Assembly: GCF_006345805.1 (NCBI RefSeq)
Contig: NC_043000.1
Span: 59,954,001 to 60,018,000 of the forward strand
DNA from: Octopus sinensis
Lineage: Eukaryota
DNA length: 64,000 nucleotides
Reading direction: 5' to 3'
The number at the start of each line of letters is the position of its first letter. The first letter of the stretch is position 1. The position numbers and the translations under genes are program-made. The notes beneath the pieces were generated by a model. The model was given only the letters and a program-made list of their open reading frames with translations. It had not been told where the DNA came from and did no database searches. Of the stretch, positions 26,561-39,215 are shown in pieces.

Positions 26561-26935
26561 AGGTGCAATGGCCCAGTGGTTAGGGCAGTAAACTCGCAGT
26601 TGTAGGATCGTGGTTTCGATTCCCAGACCAGGTGTTGTGAGTGTTTATTGAGCAAAAATGCCTAAAGTTCCACGAGGTTCTGGCAGGGGGGGGGGAACCC
26701 TGCTGTACTTTTTCACCACAACTTTTTCTCACTCTTTCTTCCTGTTTCTGTTGTACCTGTATTTCAAAGGGCCAGCCTAGTCACACTCTGTGTCACGCTG
26801 AATCTCTCTGAGAACTACATTAAAGGTACACGTGTTTGTGGAGTATTCAGCCACTTGTACGTTAATTTCATGAGCAGGCTGTTCTGTTGATTGGATCAAC
26901 TGGGACCCTTGCCGTCATAATCAATGGAGTGCCAC
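26561..26935 (+). mobile_element. tRNA-derived SINE, family D (full length)
   Basis: A-box TGGCCCAGTGGTTAG, B-box GTTTCGATTCCC, body shared with 7198-7570. Confidence 0.9.
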
Positions 26936-28276
26936 TATATCTATGCTTTTCTCATCATAAGTGCGTGTGCATACATGCACATATACACACACTCATACTC
27001 TTTTAGTGATTTTAGTTCTTGAAATGAAGCTATATTAAACATGGTCTACAAGGTGACAAAAGAGGTTCATAAGGTCAGAGCTTAACTCAAGATTATATTG
27101 CTGTAAGCAGTTGATAGACAAATCTTCCCCCAGAAAAGGATTTGTATTTTATCACAAGTAATATATAATTATCACAAGATTATCTGGAATCTACTTATCC
27201 AGTATCACAACAAAGTGATCTGAGGAGCTGTGCCATATAAACTGACCAACTGAGACAGGATATGAATTTTCAAGGAATATGAAATCCAAACAGCACATGC
27301 TCACACATACATACATGTGTGTGTGTGTAGCATACCTGCTAAAATTAATTCATAATACTCTTTATTCTAGCATGCATCATTCCATACACGAAGCTGTTAT
27401 TTCCTTTGTCACATCCATCATCATTTATCCACAATTTTTGTTCATTTCCAATTACTTTCTCATTTCATTTGTGCTCAACAAAGTTAGTGAATTATTATCA
27501 TTTAATTAACAGAAAAAAGACAGAAAAAATTTCCTATCTAAGAAACTAAATGTGTTAAGCAGACAAAGAAATTATGGAAATTATATTATCTAACTTTGGC
27601 ATGAGGCCACAAATTTGTGAAGGAGTGAAGTTGATTGAATTTAAGCCTGTACTAGAGTGGTGTTTATTTCATCACACCTGAAAGCCATGAAAAGCTTAGT
27701 TGATCTCAATGAGATTTAAATGGAGGATATGATATATAATATATAGTGTTTCACCAAGCATTCTATGTTTTCCCACTACTCTTGGAAGTATAAAAATATG
27801 ATGGCATGTATGTAAAAATATAGTATAAACATTTTCTCTTTTAAATCATTTCAAAACTATATTATATTTTGACTCAGAATGTAAAGACAGACAAAATGCT
27901 ACTAAGCATTTTGCATTTTGCCCAACAGGTTAATGCTTCTGCCAGTTTGTCACCTTAGTTGATAAATTAATAACAGTATTTGACTAGCAGTTTATTTCAT
28001 TAACTCTGAAAAGCTTAACTTGGTGGAATTTGAATTGACTATATAAAAAGCTGTAACTTCTAACAATACTGCCAATATACTACTCTTATGCAGTCGATAA
28101 AATTTGTAACAACAATGTTTTGAGAACAATTTAAGCTAATATGTCTAGGTGTCTTATATAATCTTGAAATATTGATTAACAAGTGTTAGCATATTGGCCA
28201 AAGGCATGCTACTAGCTCTAACTGAAGCAATGTATAAATGTTCAGTGTGCCTCTGTTCAGACCATAATATACTTAC

Positions 28277-28290
28277 AGGGAGTTATATGA
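28277..28290 (-). CDS. Possible 14-nt microexon (phase 0-2, SYNS)
   Basis: Acceptor ctatttcatttctatgtaacag|, donor CCT|gtaagtat; would bridge the phases of 29564-29632 and 19191-19335. Confidence 0.25.
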
Positions 28291-28469
28291 CTGTTACATA
28301 GAAATGAAATAGATTACAAACCAGATTACAAAGGTGACATAGTTCATTATCAATTAGAGAGAGAGGTTGGAATGAGGAACCGAAGGTAGCTTCTACCTCT
28401 GATGCAGGTTGTACTGTATGCAATGGAAATATAACACCAATATTGTCTATGTGATTGTTAATTATTGGT

Positions 28470-28685
28470 TTCAAATTCTGGCACAAGGCCAGCAATTTCA
28501 GGGAAAATTGTAAGTTGTTTACATCAACCCCAGTACTCAATTGGTACTTATTTTATCAACCTCAAACGGATGAAAGGCAAAGTTGACCTTGGCAAAATTT
28601 GAACACAGAACATAAAGATGGATGAAATGCTGCTAAGCATTTTGTTTGGTGTATTAATTAATGATTCCACCTGCTCGCCACCTCT
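28470..28685 (-). mobile_element. SINE family B
   Basis: Reverse complement of family B consensus. Confidence 0.8.
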
Positions 28686-29563
28686 ATATGTGACTATTCG
28701 TAATTGATGCACTAAGAAGAGTTCTTTAAGACTGAGCTAGACACACACACACACATACATTTTCTGCTTGCAAAGAGATCATGTAGACACTTCTTGTCTA
28801 GTATATTCAATTACATATGCAGTATTGACTAAATTTGTATGATTATAATGTATTCATATATGTTATGGCAGTAGTTCTTAACCTTTTATAGTTCAGTGCC
28901 CTCCTCTCACTAAATGGCATTTTATAAAAGCCCTTCCTCATAGCTTGTTTAACAAAAAGAGATTATTTTAATCAAACAGAAGCTATTTTTTTTTTGTGGT
29001 TTGTTACCCATATTTTCTTATATTATTCCATCCATTTTTTTTTTTTACATATCTGCCTGAACTAGTATCCCTATGCTAAATTTTCATGGAAATTACTAAG
29101 GATGGTAAAGACTTCTATAACAAAATTATATTTTGATTTATATTAACAGTGTACCCAGTGCTTCTCCAGGCAGCTCCTTGATATTTGCCACTCCCTTGTG
29201 ATCATAGATTTCCTCAAGAGTGCTACTACCCAGTTTATGAACCACCGTTCTGTAGTATAATTACATGTAACTGTTGTTACACACATAGCCATGCAAGTTC
29301 ATCTTCTCACTCACCCTAAATTGGTCTTATTGGTGAAGTTGAACGCATATGAGAAAGAAACAGAAAAGAGGTGGAAAGAAATTTTGGAGGAAAAATCAAA
29401 AGCAAAATTAAAAAGAAGTACATAGCTATGAAATCACTCTGAGAATCTCAATGATTTTATTGAGATTAGAATTAATTTATGAATCCTCAGTTGTTACTTT
29501 GAGCAGCTGGCAACCATATGTGTTGTGTTGTATAATGAATTTTATGAACCAAATGAAACTTAC

Positions 29564-29632
29564 CAAATCAGGTTTTATCAATGGACACAAATCTTTGAGG
29601 AGTTTATTACAAAATGAAATGTCTGGACTTAC
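29564..29632 (-). CDS. Candidate exon (69 nt, phase 0-0, VSPDISFCNKLLKDLCPLIKPDL); begins with GTAAGT
   Basis: Very strong acceptor ttttcttcttttctgttttctctag|, donor TTG|gtaagt; only one open frame. Confidence 0.55.
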
Positions 29633-31885
29633 CTAGAGAAAACAGAAAAGAAGAAAAATTCATTAAGAAACATATTTTCTTTAGAAAATAAAAAATAGGA
29701 TTGTTTATTTTTTTATCCTGTTTAATTCTTTTTTTTTATCGTATTTAATGCTTTTTTATTCATATTGCTTTGAATCAATTATGTATTATCTTATAGCTTT
29801 GAGATTTCAGTGACACTATTGTATATTTTTATAATGGCATTTTAGGGTAGGTGTAAAAGGCCAGACTAGCAAGTTTGAACATAAAAGCACTGGTTCTTAG
29901 AATAAAAATACAAGTGCTATAGATTTCAAAGAATTTTAAAAGAAAACAGAAAGATGTGCTTATGGCAAGAATGATGATAATGATGATAATAATAATGGTT
30001 ACAGCAGTTTCATTCTAACTGGCTACTAAGACTTAATGACGTTCTGCTAATATGCACTACCATAAAACACAAAAAAAAACCCCAAAAGAAACACTTCAGT
30101 TTAGGGAAATAAGTTTACATCCCTAACATTAACTTTGTAAGATTAGCACCCAGCCTAAATGTTCTAAGAACTTACAGGCATATCATGTCTCAAAAGAGAA
30201 ATTAACCACTTCATGCATTTCAAGTACCCATAAAATCCAGTGTAACAGACATAACCAGAAAGAAGGAATCACACACACACACAACCTCAATTCTATAAAT
30301 ACATAAATAATTAAGTAAATGGCAGACTTGATTTACTTGAAGTAAACAGGTGCAAAACTTAGGAGTCAATAAATACACGAATAAAGCAAGGACCTCCAAA
30401 GCAGATTCAAATTACTCAATTATCCACTAAAATAACCTTTCACTAAGACAAGTGGAAATACTGTACAATATGATTCTGTATGTACAAAACCTTTTACTGA
30501 GATAAGTGGAAAAACTGTACAATATGAATATGCACACACAACACACACACACACACGCACTCACACAAAGGGCGTCAAGTTCTTGGTGATCCAAATCTGT
30601 GACCTAGTTTACATTCCTACTTGAAACTACTTCTATGGGGTTGCTCATTCTGCTAGAAATAACATCCAAAGTTCACTCAAATCATAACACCTGGTCTTTA
30701 AGAAGGCATGTTAAATGATTTAGTCCTAGATCCTAAAGTAAACAGTAAAATCCAAGGAAATTACTAATGATCTGCAAGTACAAGCACTACTAGCTCAGGA
30801 ACGAAATTAGCTTAGGGTGTGCAAAACCAATTTCAAAATTTTTTACAAACAAGACCTTATCATTTTTGTTATTTATTTTTGTTCTTTGTTCTTTGAGAAG
30901 AAACCTAACTTCAAGCTACTTTCTACAGATCACTTTTTACGCACTGTTTTCTAAACCTGAGAAAAGTAGGTAGGGTTGCAAATTTTGATTTTGCATGCTC
31001 CAAAAATTTTAAGAGGTGCATTTGCATTCCCTGCTCCCCTTGTTTCCAGGCCCATGAGTACAATCAACGAAAGAGTGAAATAAATTGGTTTGCATTATGC
31101 CATGAAGAGCATTGCAATGAAAACCACTAGAACACCTTTGGTCAATTTGCTTTTAAAATAGATATAAATTCACACATTTGGGAAGAGGAATATAGATGCC
31201 CCAGCTGTGATAAATCCCCCTTCCATTCTTTGTATAACTGAACTATATATCTATAAAATCAGCATCATATAAGTAGTTGAGTATTCAAAGTAATGGTCCA
31301 TCCCAAACATAAGAAAAACAACGAGCACAAGTAAAACGTGGATGGGGAGGAAATGGGAGGAGATCTGGTCTGAATGCTTACAATAGAGACAACCAAGGAT
31401 CTGGTGGAAGTGGTGGTGATATTTTTGTTTTTAATTTCAGAAATTAAAAACAGCAATAATCAAATTGGCAAATGTGTAAAATAAACTAAATCTAAAAGCA
31501 TATAATAATTTCATTATTATTATTATATGAGTTAAGGCGCTTGCGAATCTTATAGGAGGAATAAATGGGTAGAAGAAAAGTGACAATTGAAAAATTAACA
31601 ATTAGCGAAACAAAAAGCTGAAAATAAAAAGTAGCAAACTTGAAAATGATAAAAAGAAAATTAGAATTAGTAGCCTGCAGAGAGTAAAGAGAGGAAGATA
31701 CATTAGAAATATTTTTTCATGCACAGTATTGCTGAAGCATGGCATAAACTACCCACAATCAGTTGTTAGCTATTGAAACACTACATCCTTCAAAACTTTG
31801 ATGCTTCTTGAAACTCACCTACAGCACTCCTGATATTTGCATCATTTACATTGGACGGATATGTGTCCTCATCTTGTTTGTTGTT

Positions 31886-31931
31886 ACTACAACGTTTCGG
31901 CTGATTTACTCTCCAGCCTTCATCAGGTGTC
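31886..31931 (-). ncRNA. Minimal type-I hammerhead ribozyme motif (left arm)
   Basis: GACAC-CUGAUGA-A-GGCUG[GAGAGUAAAU]CAGCC-GAAAC-GUU/GUAGU; core intact, perfect 5-bp stem II, palindromic AACGUU stem III, weakened stem I. Confidence 0.8.
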
Positions 31932-32144
31932 CTGGTAGAATTTTGAACCTAACCCTGTGTGTCCATTCTAAAGATGTATAATAGCCAACAGGCATATAGG
32001 GTAATAATTAAGTGTGCAGACTATTAACCTCAAGAGTGCAAGTTCAATTCCAGGTAGTGCCTCAAATAAATAATAATAATAATAAAATCAGCAAAAAAGT
32101 ACCTTAGGAAGGAGAATCCAGGGTTGGGTCCAAAATTCTACCAG

Positions 32145-32190
32145 GACACCTGATGAAGGCTAGAGAGTAAATCAGCTGAAACGTTGTGGT
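32145..32190 (+). ncRNA. Minimal type-I hammerhead ribozyme motif (right arm)
   Basis: GACAC-CUGAUGA-A-GGCUA[GAGAGUAAAU]CAGCU-GAAAC-GUU/GUGGU; core intact. Confidence 0.8.
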
Positions 32191-32999
32191 AACAATAAAC
32201 AAGATGAGGAGACATATCTGTCCAATGTAAATAAAGTACAGAATTCCTCATCTCTAAAATATAGAACAGTACTCCTGATGCTCCAACATTTTTTTAAAGA
32301 CTTATTCACTATTCACTTCCTGTGCGTATTCTATGTACCGTTCATGCAGTTTTGGTTACTTTTTCTGATGAGTTGTAGTGTAACTGAGCACTGTATACAA
32401 TAAATTCATTATATATATATATATATATTTTATGTTATTCATTCATATATATACTTGATCAGAGCTGGTCTGAGCTGAGCTAGTACTATATTGATAATAA
32501 TTCCTTTGGTAAAGGTACAAATAACACAACATTCCTTATTTCCACTCTCTCTCTCCTGTATAGAATAGTAGTATTGTTTCTTTATAAGCATTAGACACAA
32601 AGATAACAACAGTAAGTGAAATAATAAAATACATTCCTTTAATAAATAACCAAAACTCCCCTGATGTGTAAATGTTAAATCTAGTCTTAGAGACCACAAC
32701 ATTCTTTTTCCCTTAATTCACGGTTCCCTCAACACCACTATTATAGAGTTGGGTTTCTTTTTGTTTTGGACAATGAATGGGGGAAAAAATAGTAAAAATA
32801 ATATATTATTAATGAAATTCCACTACCACTGTCATCATCAACTCAATGAACCAAGTCGACAATTAAAATAGCTCTATTTTAGTTATATTGTTATGCCCAG
32901 AGAGCAGACAGCTATGTCACCATTTTCCAACTGCACACAGCAAAAATAGTCTTGCACATCATTCATACATATAAATGATTATTATTTGACATAAGTTAG

Positions 33000-33210
33000 G
33001 CAGCGAGCTGACAGAATCATTATCACATCAAGCCAAATGCTTGGCAGTATTTTGTCAGTCTTTGCATTCTGAATTCAGATTCCACCAAGATCAACTTTAC
33101 CTTTCATCCTTTTAGGGTTGATAAAATAAGTAACAGTTGAGCACTAGGGTCAATGTAATCAACTTATCCCCTCCCCTAAAATTGCTGGCCTTGAGCCAAA
33201 ATTTGAAATC
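33000..33210 (+). mobile_element. SINE family B
   Basis: GGCAGCGAGCTGACAGAATCATTATCAC...AATTCAGATTCC...GGCCTTGAGCCAAAATTTG. Confidence 0.8.
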
Positions 33211-34249
33211 CTTATTTGACACAAGTAGTTGGGTGCCCATTCTTTATGTCTCTTCATATTCAAAGTTCAAATCCTACTATGATCTTCATTACTTTTCACT
33301 CTTCCTGTGTCAATGATTTAATCAAATATACCAATACCACAAATCTGAGCTTTAGCCTGTTAGAAATCAATATTACTGTAAGGAAATTTCATGTAGGCAA
33401 TATACACTATTGATATTTATTAAATAATCAACATAAAAGAATTTTAAGGTTGACCAATAAATTAATATAAGACAGAGTGCTGTAAAATATTTAAATGACT
33501 TGCATATATCTGTGACAACTACCTGATAATACTGTGAACAACATGCATTATTGTCATGTCAATGGATTGTAGTAATGATGAAACAGTAAAACAGATTTAT
33601 AATATGGCTACTGGATGTATTCTTGGGTACTTCAATAACAACTATGGTAGCAACAACTTTATATATTTCTATTGATAGAAATTTGTTGTGTAAAAATCAA
33701 TCACATAGCTACAATCTATTTCATCTCTTATGCAGTATTATTTCTATGGTAAACTTCAGTCATGTCTAACTTTATTACACAGTAGTGCATTATTGATATA
33801 TGAAACAAACACTTTGACATTTGTATGCCATGTTTGCACTTAATAGCCTGTGGTGAAAAAATGAAAGTTATTGTCTGATTATTAGCATGGTGGGATTAAC
33901 AGAACGGGAAGAGTTTCAAACAAAATATCTTACGGCATTTCACTGTATCCTTTTGCATTCAGTGTTCTAATCGTGATAAGGTTGGGTTCATCTCCCAAAA
34001 GTACCAGTCAAGAACTGAGGTTTATTTAATCAACTAATCCCACACACCAACAAATTTCTGGCTATCTGCTTATGTAAGAAGTTGTTATTACTATTATTAT
34101 TATTATTGGATGATGAGCGAGCAGAGTTATTAGAGTGTTGCAGTGTTTGTTCTGTCCTAGTGCCTAAATCATAAAGAATTATTATTGTTGGCCTTTGCTT
34201 AAATTAGAGCAATTTTTGTTATTATTACAATTATTATTATTATTATCAC

Positions 34250-34525
34250 TGAGGCAGCAAGCTAGCAGAATCATTAGCATGCCAGATAAAACACTTAGCA
34301 GCATTTCATCTGTCTTTACGTTCTGAATTCAAATTCTGCCAAGGTCGGCTTTGCTTTTCATCCATAAAACAAGTACCATAAAACAAGTACCAGTCAAGTA
34401 CTGGGGCTAATGTAATCAACTAGCTTCCTTCCCCAAAATTTCAGGCATTGTGCCAGTAGTTGAAAGAATTATTATTATTATTACAATTACTATTACAATT
34501 ATTATTATAACTATTATTATAATTA

Positions 34526-34556
<31 letters not shown>

Positions 34557-34980
34557 CGTCCTGTGTTTGTCCTTACATGCTTTTTGATTTATGTTATCCC
34601 TTGTGGACAATAAAACCAGAATTTATTATTATTATTATTATTATTACTATTATTATTACTATTATTATTATTATTACTATTATTATTACTATTATTATTA
34701 TTATTACTATTATTATTACTATTATTATTATCATTATTATTATTATTATTATTAAGGTGGTGAGCTGACAGTATCATTAGACTGCCAGGCAAAATGCTTA
34801 GTGGTATTTCATACATCCTCATCTTCTGAGTTCAAATTCCACCAAGGTCGACTTTGCCTTTCATCCTTTCAGGGTCAATAAAATAAGTACCAGTTGAGTA
34901 CTGGTGTCAACAAAATTGATTATCTCCCCCCCCAAAAAAAATTTCAGGCTTTGTACCTATAGTAGAAAGGATTATTACTA
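34250..34980 (+). mobile_element. Two SINE family B copies (approx. 34250-34465 and 34755-34975) separated by a long (ATT)n tract
   Basis: Both match family B and are bounded by (ATT)n. Confidence 0.85.
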
Positions 34981-34986
34981 TTATTA

Positions 34987-35088
34987 CAATTGGTACAGGT
35001 TCGGTCTTATTCATGGTAGGATTTATGTGGGTAGCGAGTTACTACCTGTAACCTTAGGTATCCACAGGTTTTCAGCAGTCTTTCAAGT
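34987..35088 (-). mobile_element. 3' UTR fragment of the R4/Dong-type element within (TAA)n
   Basis: Reverse complement matches 6990-7085 (TGTGGATACCTAAGGTTACAG..TACCCA.ATAAATCCTACCA.GAATAAGAC). Confidence 0.8.
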
Positions 35089-36412
35089 ATTATTATTATT
35101 ATTATTATTAGTGGTGGTGGTGGTGGTACAATTATTATTATTATTATTATTAATATTATTATTATTATTATTTATGTAAAACAGTAAATAAGTAATATGT
35201 GTCATCAAACATTTCAGTTGGACAAATATGCTTAAAAAAAAGGATTTTGTAATAATCATTGTAGTAACAACTACTACTTCTAGTGACATATCTCAGGCAC
35301 AATGACAGGTGCACTACCTATTCTCTTAATTATAGTATGTGTAACATTGTTACTTCATTATGTCATTCAAAGCTAATAATACCTAAAGTCATTACTCCTC
35401 ACAGGAATACTGTAATTGTAGGGGTTTACTCTCATCTGCACTTAACCTGAGCCATTGTTAATACATACATTTTTGTATTTACATTAATTTTGTTTTTGTT
35501 TTATTTACCTTTCTATTTTTGTATGGTCTCGGGAGTTTCATAGTCACTATGGCATATTCCACTCTTGCAGTGTCCTTTTGAAATAAATGTTTCTCCAAGA
35601 TTCAATCTTAAGTCAAAATAAATACGATAATCTGGTCTTTATCTGAAATCTGCTTCACCCTTACTCTAAGTTTATCCTTGAAGCAAAGCAATGGCTTGAT
35701 TTATTATGTATGGAGTATTTCATATTTCACATGATGGTGTCCTTAAGGATAGTCTTGATACTTTCCTACTCCACCTCATATATATATATATTGAGAGTTG
35801 GAAGCATTGAGATATTACTATCCAACTTATACGCAGATAGCATTTGAGGGGATAGACATCTACATAAGGATCATGCAAGTTTTAAGCATTTCCCTATTGA
35901 TGCTTTTTAGACTAGATTTATTAGAACCATGATCCAGCTCTGATCATTCTTCACTCTTAATGTGTAGTGTATCTAGAATTGCATTATCCAAAGCACCATT
36001 CTATTTTCCTGGCAGTGGGATGTAATTTAAAGGAGATTTGGTTGCTAGATATAGCAAGTCACACAACAAAATACAGGTTAGCTGCAACATTGGCTTGTTT
36101 CTCTCATAATAGTTGTATTATGCTTTGAAATATAAGATCTCATGACAATTTCTGGCAACTAAATAAACTAAAGCACAATAAAATACTTTCAATGAATTTT
36201 ACTTCAATATCCATATAATATTTGTTCACTAGCTTATCCATCTAACACACTATCACATGGTCCTTGGGTACTTTCAGAGGAGTTCACTGAGATGCAGGTA
36301 TTTGAACTAAACACATGCACACACACACTCCTCCCTGTTCTTTCACCACCTATGTTTTTCCCACATTGACCTTACGATGCTGAAGGCTAGGCACCAGCCA
36401 TATCAATTTCAC

Positions 36413-36481
36413 AAGTTTGGAAGCGGCTTGTAAACATCAAAAGCACTGCTCATCCTTTCCCGAATGAATTCAAAATCAAAG
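36413..36481 (-). CDS. Weak candidate exon (69 nt, phase 2-2, FDFEFIRERMSSAFDVYKPLPN)
   Basis: Acceptor tttctcatttggtattacag|, donor |gtgaaa; an equally plausible open frame exists on the + strand, so ambiguous. Confidence 0.25.
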
Positions 36482-37284
36482 CTGTAATACCAAATGAGAA
36501 ACCAAGTGTACCTGCTTTTAGTATCCTAAGAAAATTCAGAAGAAATGGTATAAATATATATGAGAATAGTCAGTTAAATAATAAGTAAAAACTGATGAAA
36601 ATTACAATATCATGTGTTGTACTGATTAAGTTATAAGGACAAATTATAATGAAATTTTAGTTACTATCATTTGAATCAAGATTGGAATTCTGTAAACTCA
36701 TTATCAAGAAATAACACATATATCTTTGTATTTTGTTTGTGGAATAATCTTTTCTTATTTGATAAATATTCAACAGAAACATAAATGGACATGTGATTAT
36801 GATAGCCCATACAGATTCAATCACCATCCAACAGGGAATCTAATTGGATTTCACAGCCGGAATTTATTTTTCTAGATTGTTTGAATCATAATTATTAATT
36901 AAATGCCAACAATATAATTCTGTAGAAATTTTTATAACTAAAGTAAAAAAAGATAATTTTTAATAATGAAAGTCAAGTGCATTTCTATGCATATATATAT
37001 ATATATATACACATTTTTTTTTCTTTTGTAGCTTATATTAGTTTAACTGGGGTGTTAATAACCTCAGTCAGTGTCATGCATCAAAAGTTTAATTCCAAGA
37101 CTTCTAACAGTTGCAGTGGAACTGTGTCAAGACCAGTTTGCAATTGAGCAACAAAAACACTTTAACATATGAAATAAATTGTAAGATTTATGGGAAAAAA
37201 TTCAAATCTTTCTATAGAAATCATTACAATAACTTGAGTGGTTTCTAAAATATACCTAAAATTATGAATGTGTGTGTGTGTATG

Positions 37285-37318
<34 letters not shown>

Positions 37319-39011
37319 TATTGTATCTAAACCTATATTTTGCATAAATAGTATCAAATCAATCATACAGAAAATAAAACAAATCATCAGTTTGTCTACG
37401 GCAAAATAAAAAATTTGAATTCATCCAAAGCCAGACAAAAAAAGGTCATTCAAGCCAGACAAGAAGGGTCAGTCGAACTTATTGATGCCTAGTTTACAGA
37501 GAATAACACTTAATGATATTTGATGTACATATTTTTTACATAAAGTAACATGATCAGGAAGTTTAACCTTTACTAATCATTTACATATCGTTGGGAACTA
37601 TGTGTTTTTAATGGATCTGACTTTTCCCATGTGTTTTAACTCTAATAAAACAACTATGGTAGACTAACAAACATACTGTAAGAATTATAAAGAAAAATGC
37701 TAAAATAAGTATATATGGAGGAATAAGTAATATCAGTTGCAAGATTTGTACAATGCCAAGTATATAACAAAATGTGTTAAATATTACATCATGTCAAATA
37801 AACGGCTTTATTATTTAAGGTAAAAGAAAATCCTCTAGAAGCTTTATTTGGTTTGTAGAATAAATTTCTCTTTTCCTTTTATTATTTATTTCTTATTATT
37901 ATTTTGACTACACTCTCACATAAGCTGTCATGGTAACTTAAACACAATGGAAATAAATCGTTTTCTTGCTATCTAATAGAAAGTGTTCAGCTATATAATA
38001 CCAAGCTAAATATTATGAAATTCTTTGTATTTCCAGATTCCCACTGCCATTTGTACCAATCAGATGATATCAATTATTTCAACACACTTCCTTTCAACAA
38101 TAATTGGCTCAGCATTGGTTATTGGCAGTGGACAAAGGATAAATTCACAAAGTAGAAGCAAGTTCAACATTCTATTTTCATTTGAAACTCAGGTATACTA
38201 CCATAATTAAAGTTAAATAGATATTGTCAAAATATATTTTTAAAATCTGCTTTATCATTGCAAACTTCTTGTTTCAAATACATTAGAAAAACTTTTTCAC
38301 AGTTTGCTTTTGGCTAGCAAAATTTCTCAATAAATTCTGTTCTTTCTTTAACACAGAGTAGGAAGATGTTTAAAAATTTAAAGCAGAGTAACAATATAGT
38401 TTTAGATTTAACAAATCTTTGTTTTAAAACAAAATTAACAATATTACAATAAAACAAGATAGTTATGAACAGGAAAGCCAAAGAAATGGGATTTTAAATT
38501 AAGTATTTTCATCTCTATCATCCTACAGTCTGAACTAAATAAAGCTATCAAATAACTACATCAGTCTTTCTAACATTATAGTTTGAATATAAAAAGAGGT
38601 AAAATATCATATCAATTTCAGCTCAAAATGCTGATGTTAATCAGAACTGACTTTAGTTAGTGCTATGGATAAATGACTAAGAAATTATACAAGTAATAAA
38701 AGTATGGTTTAACTAAGCAGAGATAAAATATACAGAGAAGGTAGAGCCCTATAAATACTTTATCAAAATTACACTGAAAAGCAATTAACAAGTAAGTTTT
38801 TAATGCATAGAAGATATTCAGCTTATGAGATTTGTAACAAAATATGCAGTTGATAAGCTCCATTGCATTATCTATTTGATCAAAGATTACTACTGAAACA
38901 ATAACTTTTTTAAATATTTAAGGCCAACTAGAACAACCTAAATGTAAAACAAAACTATGCAATAATATCAATATCAATATATGTATGTATGTATGTGTAT
39001 ATATATATTAT

Positions 39012-39215
39012 ATGGCTCCTGTGCAGGTGGCACGTAAAAAGCACCCACTACACTCGTGGAGTGGTTGGCGTTAGGAAGGGCATCCAGCTGTAGAAACACT
39101 GCTAGACCAGACTGGAGCCTGGGGCAGCCCCTGGCTCCCCAGACCCCGGTCGGACCGTCCAACCCGTGCTAGCGCGGAAAACGGACGTTAAATGATGATG
39201 ATGATGATGATGATG
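39012..39215 (+). mobile_element. Young family C retroposon tail ending in (GAT)n
   Basis: CpG-rich, ends ...GCGGAAAACGGACGTTAAATGATGATGATG; inserted after (TA)n. Confidence 0.85.

Larger units (their letters stand above)
31835..32270. mobile_element. tRNA-head/hammerhead element, inverted twin with two HHRs, TSD ACTCCTGAT
   Basis: Arms approx. 31845-31957 and 32119-32232 are reverse complements; tRNA-like head 31991-32062 (B-box AGTTCAATTCC); TSD at 31826-31834 and 32271-32279; interrupts another repeat (CACCTACAGCACTCCTGAT/GCTCCAAC). Confidence 0.85.

Noticed and set aside
26561-26635. tRNA gene
   Set aside because: No complete cloverleaf; continues into a SINE body present in another copy.
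31310-31446. Gly-rich frame KRGWGGNGRRSGLNAYNRDNQGSGGSGGD on +
   Set aside because: Short, bounded by stops, weak splice sites, no further homologous context.
32363-32410. CTGATGAGTTGTAGTGTAACTGAGC resembling a hammerhead
   Set aside because: No GAAA after the stem; it is part of the 3' end of the interrupted host repeat.
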